A DNA stretch of 39,059 nt, from the NCBI GenBank assembly GCA_037442785.1, contig JBBIPQ010000005.1, positions 1 to 39,059 on the forward strand. Direction: 5' to 3'. The stretch comes from Nitrospirota bacterium. GTDB lineage: Bacteria > Nitrospirota > Thermodesulfovibrionia > Thermodesulfovibrionales > UBA9159. Positions 1-9,564 of this stretch are shown piece after piece. Made by a program: the position numbers and the translations under genes. Every line of letters starts with the position of its first letter. Position 1 is the first letter of the stretch. The notes beneath the pieces are model-generated. The model was not told the origin of the DNA. It searched no databases and saw nothing but the letters and a program-made list of their open reading frames with translations.

Positions 1-2
1 TT

Positions 3-356
3 TCACCTATATGGGAGGTCTACACCCATGGAGGGAGAAGACCAAAGGGAATAAATGCAGTTGAATGGGCAAGATATATGGAGGAACTCGGTGCAGGGGA
101 GATCCTGCTTACGAGCATGGACAGGGACGGTACAAAGGATGGCTATGACCTTGAACTCACCAGGGCAGTCTCAGAGGCAGTGAGGATCCCTGTGATTGCA
201 TCAGGTGGTGCCGGAAATCTTGAACATCTATACGAAGGCATAGTTATTGGTAAGGCTGATGCGGTGCTTGCGGCATCCATATTCCATTACAGGGAATATA
301 CTATAAGACAGGCAAAGGAGTATCTAAGGTCGAGAGGTATAGCAGTAAGACTTTGA
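3..356 (+). CDS. hisF: Imidazole glycerol phosphate synthase cyclase subunit HisF (5'-truncated by the window edge)
   Basis: The frame is open from position 3 ([11 protein letters not shown]...) into ORF 78..356. Motifs [24 protein letters not shown] and [11 protein letters not shown]. Confidence 0.97.
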   Translation, partial: SPIWEVYTHGGRRPKGINAVEWARYMEELGAGEILLTSMDRDGTKDGYDLELTRAVSEAVRIPVIASGGAGNLEHLYEGIVIGKADAVLAASIFHYREYTIRQAKEYLRSRGIAVRL

Positions 357-482
357 GTTTATCCTTGCTTTAACCATTATTCTTTGCGGGTTTAATGCAT
401 GGGTCTATCTCAGGCCCATTTTAAGGACGCTCTCAATTGTTTTTTAATAGTTTTATGGTTATCCTTTTTGTCAATCCTACCG

Positions 483-512
483 CATAGGGGAATTCGTTAG
501 AATTCCCCTGTG
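483..512. repeat. 13-bp inverted repeat / hairpin in the hisF-rpmE intergenic region
   Basis: cataggggaattc-gtta-gaattcccctgtg, with one G-U pair and no U-tract. Confidence 0.6.
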
Positions 513-570
513 AATTCCCTGAGGAAACAACCCCTTTTCGAAGAGATTATTTTTGAGGAATGCCGGCGTC

Positions 571-600
571 TTGCCAAAATCAGGTGAACTATATTAAAAT
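571..600 (+). promoter_or_regulatory. Probable sigma70 promoter of rpmE
   Basis: TTGCCA(571-576)-N18-TAAAAT(595-600), followed by an AGGAGG SD and a TTG start at 621. Confidence 0.5.
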
Positions 601-620
601 TAAATAAAAAGGAGGATAAA

Positions 621-821
621 TTGAAGGAAGGAATTCATCCCGATTATAAAGAGGCAAAGATTATCTGTGCCTGTGGTGAGAGCTTTGTTACAAGGTCAAC
701 AAAGCCTGTAATCCATGTTGACATTTGTTCAAAGTGTCATCCCTTTTTTACTGGAAAACAGAAGATTGTTGATGCAGAAGGAAGGGTGCAGAAGTTCAAG
801 AAGAAATACGCTAAGAAATAG
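621..821 (+). CDS. rpmE: 50S ribosomal protein L31 (Zn-binding type)
   Basis: [31 protein letters not shown]; TTG start with a strong SD. Confidence 0.98.
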   Translation: MKEGIHPDYKEAKIICACGESFVTRSTKPVIHVDICSKCHPFFTGKQKIVDAEGRVQKFKKKYAKK

Positions 822-838
822 ATTTACTTTATATGGAT

Positions 839-875
839 AAGTCGTTGGCCGAGGGTCGGCTAACGGCTTTTTTTT
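839..875 (+). terminator. Intrinsic terminator after rpmE
   Basis: 14-bp stem aagtcgttggccga/tcggctaacggctt, a 3-nt loop, then a T run. Confidence 0.85.
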
Positions 876-897
876 GATTTATCTGAAAGGAGTCCGG

Positions 898-1785
898 TTG
901 AAAAACATAGGTGGACAGGCAGTGATAGAGGGTGTGATGATGAAGGCACAGAGAGGCTGGACAGTAGCTGTGCGCGATGAAAAGGGAGAGATACATCTGA
1001 AGCGAGAGGAGATCAGGGGACTCCCCTCTTTCCTGAAACTCCCCCTTTTAAGAGGGATTGTAGCCCTTTATCAGGCCCTTGTTATAGGGATGAGGGCATT
1101 AGAATTTTCAGCAAAAAAGGCATATAATGAAGACAACCAGGGCCCTCTCAGTTCATTTTCAATAGTTATCACTATCGGTATAGCCTTTTTCCTGGCAGTG
1201 GCCCTGTTTATATTTTTACCCCTTTACATTACAAAGGCTGTTGGCAGCCTCATCCATTCCGTATCCAGCAACTCCCTTTTCTTTAATCTAATTGACGGCA
1301 TTATAAGGGTTGTCATCTTTTTGATCTATGTGGCATCCATTGGACTCTGGAAGGAGATGAGGAGGATCTTTGAATATCATGGCGCAGAGCATAAGGTGAT
1401 CCATGCCTATGAATCAGGAAAGGATCTCAATATTGATAATGTGAGACCCTTTAGCCCCCGACATCCAAGGTGTGGCACGAGCTTTCTCCTGATAGTTATG
1501 GTTACAAGCATAATCGTCTTTTCCCTTATACCCCAGTCCTGGCCGTTTTCATGGAAGTTTCTCTCGAGGCTGGTGCTTATACCTCTAATTGCCGGACTGT
1601 CCTATGAGATACTCAGGTTAACTGCCCGGATGAAGAACAACCCATTTATGTATCTCCTCAGCCTGCCAGGCCTTATGCTTCAGGGGTTAACAACGAGAGA
1701 GCCGGATGATATGCAGATAGAGGTAGCCATAATAGCTCTCAAAGAGGTTTTAAACTTAGAAGATGGAAATACTTCAGAAGCTTAA
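898..1785 (+). CDS. DUF1385 (YqhQ-like) membrane protein
   Basis: [32 protein letters not shown] and [14 protein letters not shown] at 898 has an AAGGAG SD, whereas the track start at 874 lies in the terminator T run. Confidence 0.92.
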   Translation: MKNIGGQAVIEGVMMKAQRGWTVAVRDEKGEIHLKREEIRGLPSFLKLPLLRGIVALYQALVIGMRALEFSAKKAYNEDNQGPLSSFSIVITIGIAFFLAVALFIFLPLYITKAVGSLIHSVSSNSLFFNLIDGIIRVVIFLIYVASIGLWKEMRRIFEYHGAEHKVIHAYESGKDLNIDNVRPFSPRHPRCGTSFLLIVMVTSIIVFSLIPQSWPFSWKFLSRLVLIPLIAGLSYEILRLTARMKNNPFMYLLSLPGLMLQGLTTREPDDMQIEVAIIALKEVLNLEDGNTSEA

Positions 1786-2830
1786 GAATATTGAGGAAAA
1801 ATATGAGGAACTGACAGAACTCATGGCAAGGCCTGATATATTGTCAAATCCGTCCCTGCTACAGAGATATTCAAAGGAGCAGGCAGAACTTCAGCCCCTG
1901 GTTGATAAGATAAAGGAGTACGAGAAGATAATTACTGACATTGAAGAGACTGAAGAACTCTTAAAGGGTGGAGATGGGGATCTCAGAGAACTTGCCCAGG
2001 AGGAACTCAGCCAGCTCAAGGAGAGGAAGTCCATTGTTGAAAAGGAACTGAAGATCATGCTGCTTCCAAAGGACCCCAGGGATGAAAGAAGCGTTATACT
2101 CGAGATCAGGGCAGGCACAGGTGGTGAGGAGGCTGCATTATTTGCAGCGGATTTATTCAGGATGTACTCAAAATATGCTGAATCAAAGAGATGGAAGGTT
2201 GAGGTCATTGATTCAAACCCAACTGGCCTTGGTGGTTTAAAGGAGATAATAGCCTCAATTGAGGGTAAGGGTGCCTATAGCAGGCTGAAGTTTGAAAGTG
2301 GTGTTCATCGCGTTCAGAGGGTACCTGTAACAGAGGCCTCTGGAAGGATCCATACCTCAGCGGCAACCGTGGCGGTCCTGCCTGAGGCTGAAGAGGTGGA
2401 TATAAAGATAGAAGAAAAGGACTTAAGGATAGATACATTCTGTTCCTCAGGTCCAGGGGGGCAGGGTGTTAATACCACATATTCTGCTGTAAGGATCGTT
2501 CATATCCCGACAGGTATTATTGTTCAGTGCCAGGATGAAAGGTCTCAGATCAAGAATAAAGAAAAGGCACTAAAGGTCCTGAGGTCAAGGCTTTATGAGA
2601 TAGAGATGGAGAGGCAGGAGAGGGAAAGGGCGATGGAGAGAAAGTCTCAGGTGGGCACTGGTGATAGAAGCGAAAGGATAAGAACATACAATTTCCCTCA
2701 GAACAGGGTTACTGACCACAGGATAGGCCTGACCCTTCATAAGCTTGAACAGGTGCTTGAAGGTTCCCTTGATGAGATCATCGATGCCCTTATTACCCAT
2801 TATCAGACAGAGAGATTGAAAGAATTATGA
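1763..2830 (+). CDS. prfA: Peptide chain release factor 1
   Basis: GGQ motif ([10 protein letters not shown]), RF1 PVT specificity loop ([14 protein letters not shown]), [15 protein letters not shown]. Confidence 0.98.
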   Translation: MEILQKLKNIEEKYEELTELMARPDILSNPSLLQRYSKEQAELQPLVDKIKEYEKIITDIEETEELLKGGDGDLRELAQEELSQLKERKSIVEKELKIMLLPKDPRDERSVILEIRAGTGGEEAALFAADLFRMYSKYAESKRWKVEVIDSNPTGLGGLKEIIASIEGKGAYSRLKFESGVHRVQRVPVTEASGRIHTSAATVAVLPEAEEVDIKIEEKDLRIDTFCSSGPGGQGVNTTYSAVRIVHIPTGIIVQCQDERSQIKNKEKALKVLRSRLYEIEMERQERERAMERKSQVGTGDRSERIRTYNFPQNRVTDHRIGLTLHKLEQVLEGSLDEIIDALITHYQTERLKEL

Positions 2831-2831
2831 T

Positions 2832-2875
2832 TTATGATCTATCTCATTGTCCTGTTAGTCTTCAGATGATACCAT
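2832..2875 (+). promoter_or_regulatory. Sigma70 promoter with an overlapping CRP/FNR-family-like palindrome
   Basis: TTGTCC(2847-52)-N17-TACCAT(2870-75) with a TGn extension; TTATGA-N6-TCATTG centred at 2840.5. Confidence 0.55.
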
Positions 2876-2880
2876 GAAGC

Positions 2881-3831
2881 ATGGACAGGACAGCAGTTAA
2901 TAGATACCATAACCTTCATATCACCAGGAGATTAACGCAGATTGCCTTTGCCCTTCTCCTCTTCCTTGCCCCAGCACTCAACATCCTTAGATATGATTCA
3001 GCCTCGAAGGAACTCATAGTCTTTGGCTATGTATGGAGCCTTGGTATAAAGGAACTCATAGCAGATCATTCCCTTTCAGGAGCCGGTGAGATTACCCTTA
3101 TAATCCTCTTTAAGGCAATCCTTCCCTGGCTTTTGATCCTTTCGATATTTCCCCTGCTCGGTATCTTTGCAGGAAGATTTTTCTGTGGATGGCTCTGTCC
3201 TGAAGGAGCGATGTTTGAGTTTGTAGACTTTCTATCCCTTCAACTCCTTGGCAGGAGAAGCCTCTACAGAAGGAAGCCAAATGACCCTGAGGTCAAGAAA
3301 ACCAACAGACTGCTTTATGGGATAGTTGCTGTTATCAGTTTTATAGTGCTTCCGCCAATAGCAGGCATAGCCTTAACAGGCTATTTTATAGCGCCTGAGA
3401 CCATCTGGCATCAGATAATCAATGGCGATCTGAGCTTCGGCGTAAAGGCAGGGATAATCGGTGTATCTATATACATGCTCATTACCTCTATCTTTGTAAG
3501 GCATCTTTTTTGTAGATATGTCTGTGCTGCTGGCCTGATGCAGATGCTCTTTGGCTGGATCAGTCCCATCTCTCTAAGGCTAAAGATGGATGTATCTAGT
3601 ATATCTGAATGCACAGACTGCAAGGGGTGCGAAAGGGCCTGCTTCATGAAGGTCCTTCCGAGGAAGAATAAAAAGGATATATCCTGTGTCAACTGCGGGG
3701 CCTGTATAGTGGCCTGTGACAGGGAGCTTGGAAAAGGCAAAGGCCTATTCCATTACAGGATTGGTGATGAGAGATGTCTTGCCCCTTCTGAAAACTGCAG
3801 AAACCTTCATCCCCATACTGTTAAGGATTAA
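2881..3831 (+). CDS. NapH/FixG/MauN-like membrane 4Fe-4S polyferredoxin
   Basis: About 5 hydrophobic segments, GRFFCGWLCP, HLFCRYVCA, and two CxxCxxCxxxC motifs (CTDCKGCERAC, CVNCGACIVAC). Confidence 0.88.
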   Translation: MDRTAVNRYHNLHITRRLTQIAFALLLFLAPALNILRYDSASKELIVFGYVWSLGIKELIADHSLSGAGEITLIILFKAILPWLLILSIFPLLGIFAGRFFCGWLCPEGAMFEFVDFLSLQLLGRRSLYRRKPNDPEVKKTNRLLYGIVAVISFIVLPPIAGIALTGYFIAPETIWHQIINGDLSFGVKAGIIGVSIYMLITSIFVRHLFCRYVCAAGLMQMLFGWISPISLRLKMDVSSISECTDCKGCERACFMKVLPRKNKKDISCVNCGACIVACDRELGKGKGLFHYRIGDERCLAPSENCRNLHPHTVKD

Positions 3832-3894
3832 ACTAAAGTTTTTTCTTCTTTTAACCGATTATATAATCAGAGCCTTTATAATGCAGGAGGTGTC

Positions 3895-4341
3895 ATGACA
3901 ACAGAAACATTACCTGACATACTACAATTGGTTACCTTTAAACTCGGGGATGAGGAGTACGGTATTGACATACTCAAGGTCCAGGAGATCAACAGGATGA
4001 CGGAGATAACAGCGATGCCAAAATCTCCATTTTCTGTTGAGGGGGTTATAAATCTCAGGGGGAAGGTAATTCCCGTGGTGAATCTAAGAAAGAAATTCGG
4101 GCTTTCCATGAAGGAGATCGATTTCCAATCGAGGATAATCGTTGTTGATTCAGAATCGACGGTAGGGCTTATTGTGGACTCTGTCTCAGAGGTCCTGAGG
4201 ATCTCATCTGATACCATAGAGCCTCCACCACCCATAACAGGAGGGACTGGTTCTGAATACATAATGGGGATAGGAAAGCTAAAAGACAGACTCATCATCC
4301 TCCTTGATATTGATAAACTGCTGAGTGAGGGGATACAGTAA
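3895..4341 (+). CDS. cheW: Chemotaxis coupling protein CheW
   Basis: QLVTFKLGDEEYGIDILKVQEI, GVINLRGKVIPVVNLRKKF, GLIVDSVSEV; AGGAGG SD. Confidence 0.95.
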   Translation: MTTETLPDILQLVTFKLGDEEYGIDILKVQEINRMTEITAMPKSPFSVEGVINLRGKVIPVVNLRKKFGLSMKEIDFQSRIIVVDSESTVGLIVDSVSEVLRISSDTIEPPPPITGGTGSEYIMGIGKLKDRLIILLDIDKLLSEGIQ

Positions 4342-4371
4342 GACCTTAAAAAAACAACACGCCCATAACAT

Positions 4372-5715
4372 TTACCTGGACAGGCCAAGCCTTAATTTTT
4401 TTCTCAGGGTCAGTCGGCTTATACCAAGTTTTCGAGCAGCTTCAGATTGATTTTCCCCTGTCAGGGACAGCGTGTAGTTAAATATTACCCTATCAAAGGT
4501 ATCGTGTAACTTCTGGTAGATCTCTTCTTCTCCCCTCTCGATAGCCTCTTTAAGCACAGGATTTATAACAGAGGCAAGGGATTCAACAAATGGAATCCTT
4601 CGTGTATATAAAGAAGGGCTTCCCAGTTCCTTCAGTTCAAAGGTTGTAAGATAATCCGTCTTTCTGAGGGCAATTGCTGATCGTATGGTATTTTCGAGTT
4701 CCCTTATATTTCCAGGCCAATCATAAGAAATAAGTCTTTCAAGGAATGCCTTCGTAAACCCTTTAACAGGCCTGAAGGTCACATTCCTGTATCTGTGTAC
4801 AAAAAAATTGACCAGCAAAGGGATATCGCCCTTTCTCTCCCTGAGAGAAGGAGCATTAATGGTAGCCACCCTCAGTCTGTGGTAAAGGTCCTCCCTGAAT
4901 TTTCCCTCCCTCACCATCAGGGCAAGGTCCTTGTTCGTTGCCGATAGTATCCTCACATCAACCTGTATCTCCTTAGTGCCACCAACAGGATAAAAGGTCT
5001 GGGTCTGCAGGAATCTGAGGAGCTTTCCCTGAATTGAAAGGGGTAATTCCCCAACTTCATCAAAGAAAACGCAGCCCTCATGGGCAATCTTAAGTATGCC
5101 CTCCTTTGGAGCCCCTGCGCCTGTAAAGGCACCCTTCTCATAACCAAAGAGTTCTGATTCAAGAAGGCTCTCAGGCACAGCAGCACAGTTGACAACAACA
5201 AAGGGCCTTCCAAACCTTGCAGACAATTGAGCAATTGCCTCGGCAATAAGTTCCTTTCCTGTACCTGTTTCTCCAGTGATGAGAACTGGAACCTCGCTCT
5301 GGGCAAGCCTTGCTATCTTCTTACACAGGTCTATAACAACCTCTGAACTTCCAACTATGGCGCAGGTTGGGGTTGGAGGAAGAGGACTGATAGGGATGGT
5401 GTGTAGCAACTCTTCCTTCAGAAAGGCTATCTCCTCAAGGATCCTGGATAGGACATCTTTCTTTATTGGTCTCTGTATGACCTCGTATGCACCAGAGGCG
5501 GTTGCCTCCATTACCAACTCAGTTCTGTCCTGTTTTGTTACTGCAACTGTAAAGCTATCCCCTGTGAAGTCTCTAATATTTAAGATGGTATCAATATCGA
5601 CAAGTATTATGTCCCCCTTACCTCCCTGTTTTGCAGAAAGCCTGAAACCCTTTGGCAGTTTTCCCTCCACCTCATCTTTAAGTCCCCTGTCCTTTGTCAA
5701 GATTAAGACCTTCAT
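4372..5715 (-). CDS. Sigma-54-dependent Fis-family activator with a degenerate receiver domain
   Basis: Walker A GETGTGKE, GAFTGA loop, FFDEVGE, YDWPGNIRELEN, C-terminal NQSEAARKLGISRLTL HTH. ATG at 5715 is preferred over TTG at 5727. Confidence 0.93.
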   Translation of the reverse strand: MKVLILTKDRGLKDEVEGKLPKGFRLSAKQGGKGDIILVDIDTILNIRDFTGDSFTVAVTKQDRTELVMEATASGAYEVIQRPIKKDVLSRILEEIAFLKEELLHTIPISPLPPTPTCAIVGSSEVVIDLCKKIARLAQSEVPVLITGETGTGKELIAEAIAQLSARFGRPFVVVNCAAVPESLLESELFGYEKGAFTGAGAPKEGILKIAHEGCVFFDEVGELPLSIQGKLLRFLQTQTFYPVGGTKEIQVDVRILSATNKDLALMVREGKFREDLYHRLRVATINAPSLRERKGDIPLLVNFFVHRYRNVTFRPVKGFTKAFLERLISYDWPGNIRELENTIRSAIALRKTDYLTTFELKELGSPSLYTRRIPFVESLASVINPVLKEAIERGEEEIYQKLHDTFDRVIFNYTLSLTGENQSEAARKLGISRLTLRKKLRLGLSR

Positions 5716-5723
5716 CCATTCAT

Positions 5724-8132
5724 TCAATCTCTTTCAGCAACCCTGCCTATACTGACAACCCTGTCCTCAGGCTCAACATCCATCAGCTTTACTCCCTGGG
5801 TATTCCTTCCATGAATAGAGATATTCCCTGCTATAGTCCTTATCAGTTTACCACTATTAGTTATCATAACCACCTCGTCCTCATCCCGCACCTGAATAAG
5901 ACCAACTGCCTTTCCACCCTTTGGTGTAACCTTAATAGATATAACCCCCTTGCCACCCCTTCCCTGCACAGGGTACTCATTCAGGGCTGTCCTTTTACCA
6001 AGCCCTTTTTCGGTTACGGTCAGTAAGGTTGTATTGGTCTCAATGACCTCTGCTGACACAACCTCATCACCCTCCTGTAACCTTATCCCTATGACCCCTC
6101 TTGCTGTCCTTCCCATTGGCCTCACATCCTCCTCATTAAACCTTATAGAAAGCCCCTCTTTTGTGCCGATGATGAAGTCATTCTGACCATTCGTCTTTCT
6201 CACAGCGATAAGCTCGTCTCCCTCATCAAGGGATATAGCGATTATTCCCTTTCCCCTCGGGTTACTATACTCCTCAAGAAGGGTTTTTTTAACCATTCCT
6301 TTTTTCGTAAACATTACAAGATAACCTTCCTTAAAATCCCTTATGGGAAGGGCGGTTGTGATCCTCTCACCTTCCGATAATGTTAGGAGGTTTATAAGGG
6401 CCTTACCCTTTGCGGCCCTTCCTGCCTCAGGGATCTGATAAGTCTTCAGCCAGTAGAGCCTACCAAGGTTGGAGAAGAAGAGCATGTAATCATGGGTAGA
6501 GCCTATAAAGAGTTGTTCCACATAATCTTCTTCCTTTGTCTCCATGCCTGTCAGTCCCTTCCCACCCCTTCTCTGACTCCTGTATGCACTCAGGGGATTC
6601 CTTTTTATATATCCCTGATGCGATAAGGTTATCACCATGTCCTCTTCTGTAATGAGGTCCTCAATGGTTATCTCCTTTGTCTCCTCTGTAATCTCAGTCC
6701 TTCTTTCATCTGCATATCTTGATCTGATATCGATGAGTTCATCCTTAATTATCTTTGAGACAAGGGCTTCGCTGCCAAGTATAGCCTTCAAACGCTCTAT
6801 CTCCTTAAGTGTATCCCTGTATTCACTTATGATCTTTTCCCTTTCAAGGCCTGTCAATCTCTGGAGTTTCATATCAAGGATTGCCTGAGCCTGAATCTCT
6901 GTGAGAGGGAATCTCGTCATTAATCCCCTCTTAGCCTCTTCTGGACTCTTAGATGCCCTGATAAGGGAGATTATCTCATCAAGATGATCCAGTGCAATCT
7001 TTAATCCCTCAAGGATATGGGCCCTTTCCTCTGCCTTCCTCAACTCAAATCTCGTCCTTCTGATCACCACATCCCTTCTATGGTGGAGGAAATGGGCAAG
7101 CAATCTCTTTAGATTAAGGACGTGGGGTTGTCCTCCTACGAGGGCAAGCATAATAACCCCGAAGGTCGATTCCATCTGCGTATGTTTATAAAGATTATTG
7201 AGGATAACCTCTGCCATCTCTCCCCTTTTTAATTCAAGTACTATCCTTATTCCATCCCGGTCTGATTCATCCCTGATCTCTGATATTCCTTCGATCTTCT
7301 TGTCCCTTACAAGTTCCGCTATCTTTTCGATAAGCCTCGCCTTATTCACCTGATAGGGAAGCTCAGAGATTATTATATTCTCACCACCCCTGTATTCCTT
7401 TTCTACCCTTGCCCTTGCCCTTATCCTTATCAGTCCTCTGCCATGTTCATAGGCCTCCCTTATGCCGGTTGTGCCATGAATAACACCTCCTGTTGGAAAG
7501 TCAGGTCCCTTAATGAACCTCATCAGATCATCAACAGTAGCATCAGGATTTTCAAGTAAAAAGACGAGTCCATCAATAATCTCGCCAAGATTATGAGGAG
7601 GGATATTTGTTGCCATTCCAACCGCAATGCCTGAAGAGCCATTAATAAGAAGATTGGGTATCCTTGAAGGAAGGACCTTTGGTTCCTCCGTTGTCTCATC
7701 AAAATTCGGGATAAAATCTACTGTCTCTTTATCTATGTCAGTGAGGAGTTCCTCTGCTATCTTTGCAAGTCTTGCCTCTGTGTATCTATAAGCAGCAGGG
7801 GGGTCTCCATCAATAGAGCCGAAATTCCCCTGTCCGTCCACAAGGGGATACCTCATATTAAAGTCCTGTGCAAGCCTCACAAGGGCATCATAGACAGCCG
7901 TATCACCGTGGGGATGATACTTTTTAAGGACCTCCCCTACGACTCCTGCACACTTTGAATACTTTCTGCCTGGCAAAAGACCTTCCCTGAACATTGCATA
8001 GAGGATTCGCCTCTGCACAGGTTTCAGCCCATCCCTGACCTCTGGAAGGGCCCTCCCGATGATCACGCTCATAGCGTAATCGAGGTAACTGACCTTCATC
8101 TCTTCTTCTATATTTACCGAGACCTTTGCCAT
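5724..8132 (-). CDS. gyrA: DNA gyrase subunit A
   Basis: [26 protein letters not shown], catalytic RYTEAR, GyrA-box QRRGGKG and C-terminal pinwheel repeats. The second ATG fits the GAGGT SD better than 8135. Confidence 0.98.
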   Translation of the reverse strand: MAKVSVNIEEEMKVSYLDYAMSVIIGRALPEVRDGLKPVQRRILYAMFREGLLPGRKYSKCAGVVGEVLKKYHPHGDTAVYDALVRLAQDFNMRYPLVDGQGNFGSIDGDPPAAYRYTEARLAKIAEELLTDIDKETVDFIPNFDETTEEPKVLPSRIPNLLINGSSGIAVGMATNIPPHNLGEIIDGLVFLLENPDATVDDLMRFIKGPDFPTGGVIHGTTGIREAYEHGRGLIRIRARARVEKEYRGGENIIISELPYQVNKARLIEKIAELVRDKKIEGISEIRDESDRDGIRIVLELKRGEMAEVILNNLYKHTQMESTFGVIMLALVGGQPHVLNLKRLLAHFLHHRRDVVIRRTRFELRKAEERAHILEGLKIALDHLDEIISLIRASKSPEEAKRGLMTRFPLTEIQAQAILDMKLQRLTGLEREKIISEYRDTLKEIERLKAILGSEALVSKIIKDELIDIRSRYADERRTEITEETKEITIEDLITEEDMVITLSHQGYIKRNPLSAYRSQRRGGKGLTGMETKEEDYVEQLFIGSTHDYMLFFSNLGRLYWLKTYQIPEAGRAAKGKALINLLTLSEGERITTALPIRDFKEGYLVMFTKKGMVKKTLLEEYSNPRGKGIIAISLDEGDELIAVRKTNGQNDFIIGTKEGLSIRFNEEDVRPMGRTARGVIGIRLQEGDEVVSAEVIETNTTLLTVTEKGLGKRTALNEYPVQGRGGKGVISIKVTPKGGKAVGLIQVRDEDEVVMITNSGKLIRTIAGNISIHGRNTQGVKLMDVEPEDRVVSIGRVAERD

Positions 8133-8237
8133 CATGTACCTCGCCTTATCTTTAATTTTTTGAATCTATTGAGAATCTTTTTATTTTAACATAGAGATCG
8201 TATATAATTAAAAGAACTTTCCCTTTCAGGAACTAAG

Positions 8238-9467
8238 ATGTCCGGATGGAAAAAGGTAATACTCTTTATATCCATTATCGGCCCGGGTATAATAACGGCC
8301 AATATAGATAATGATGCCAGTGGCATCACCACCTATTCTGTAGCTGGAGCAAGATACGGTTATACCTTACTCTGGACCCTCATCCCAACAACCATTGCCC
8401 TTGTTGTTATTCAGGAGATGGTGGCTCGAATGGGGGTAATAACAGGAAAGGGGCTTTCTGCACTAATCCGAGAAAACTATGGCGTTAAGACTGCCTTTTT
8501 TATGATGCTCGGCCTTCTCATTGCAAACCTTGGCACTACTGTTGCAAACTTTGCTGGCTGGGCAGCAAGCATGGAGATAATTGGTCTCAGCAGGTATATT
8601 ATGGTGCCACTGGGAGCGATCATGATCTGGTTTTTGGTAACAAAGGGGAGTTACAGGGCGGTTGAGAGGATACTCCTCATCGCCTGTCTTCTCTACTTCG
8701 GATATGTTATATCAGGATTAATGGCAAAACCAGACTGGTCCTCTGTATTCATATCAACAATACTGCCTGAGATAAGGTTGGAATCTGAATACATAATGCT
8801 GAGTATAGCCATCATTGGAACCACCATAACCCCATGGATGCAGTTCTATCTACAGTCGTCCATAAGTGAAAAGGGCATTGATAGAAAGGATTATAGGTTT
8901 TCGAAGCTCGATGTTATCACAGGCTGCCTGATAACAGACATAGTCAGTTTCTTTATCATTGTAACCTGTGGCACCTTGCTTTACCCGCATGGTATAAATA
9001 TTAATGAGGCACATGAGGCAGCGATCGCCCTCAGACCCCTTGCTGGAGATTATGCATCCCTGATATTTGCCGTGAGCCTGGCAAATGCCTCATTGCTCGG
9101 GGCTATAATCGTCCCGCTCACAACAGCCTATTATATCTGCGAGGCAATGGGATGGGAGGCAGGGATAAATAAGACCTTTAAAGAGGCCCCTCAGTTCATG
9201 TGGATTTATACACTCACCATCTTTATATCTTCTTCCCTAATACTCATCCCTAAGATGCCCCTCGTCTTCCTTATGGTACTGTCATCAGTCATAAACGGTC
9301 TTCTTTTGCCCAGTGTCCTGGTTTATTCACTTCTCCTTGTGAATAACAAGGACCTGATGGGAGAATACACAAACCCCAGGGGGTATAATTATATATCCTG
9401 GGGCACCATCATAGTCATAATATGTCTCACGGGGTTTCTGTTAATTTCTACGGTATTTCAGGTATGA
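8238..9467 (+). CDS. Nramp-family divalent metal transporter (Nramp-related Mg2+ type)
   Basis: About 11 TM segments, GPGIITANIDNDASGITTYSVAGA, QEMVARMGVITGKGL, GTTITPWMQF. Confidence 0.88.
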   Translation: MSGWKKVILFISIIGPGIITANIDNDASGITTYSVAGARYGYTLLWTLIPTTIALVVIQEMVARMGVITGKGLSALIRENYGVKTAFFMMLGLLIANLGTTVANFAGWAASMEIIGLSRYIMVPLGAIMIWFLVTKGSYRAVERILLIACLLYFGYVISGLMAKPDWSSVFISTILPEIRLESEYIMLSIAIIGTTITPWMQFYLQSSISEKGIDRKDYRFSKLDVITGCLITDIVSFFIIVTCGTLLYPHGININEAHEAAIALRPLAGDYASLIFAVSLANASLLGAIIVPLTTAYYICEAMGWEAGINKTFKEAPQFMWIYTLTIFISSSLILIPKMPLVFLMVLSSVINGLLLPSVLVYSLLLVNNKDLMGEYTNPRGYNYISWGTIIVIICLTGFLLISTVFQV

Positions 9468-9476
9468 TATATTATC

Positions 9477-9559
9477 AGGCAACATACAAGAGACAACAGG
9501 GAACAGACAAAGGGGTTTGGTTTATAATCTGTAAGCCCTGGAGTTTGTCATCTGAGTTC
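9477..9559. repeat. Degenerate heptamer tandem repeats
   Basis: aggcaac atacaag agacaac agggaac agacaaa (9477-9511) and tgtcatc tgagttc (9546-9559). Confidence 0.5.
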
Positions 9560-9564
9560 TGAAA

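Noticed and set aside
365-546. Known riboswitch (c-di-GMP, SAM, TPP, cobalamin) upstream of rpmE
   Set aside because: I could not match any conserved aptamer core by eye.
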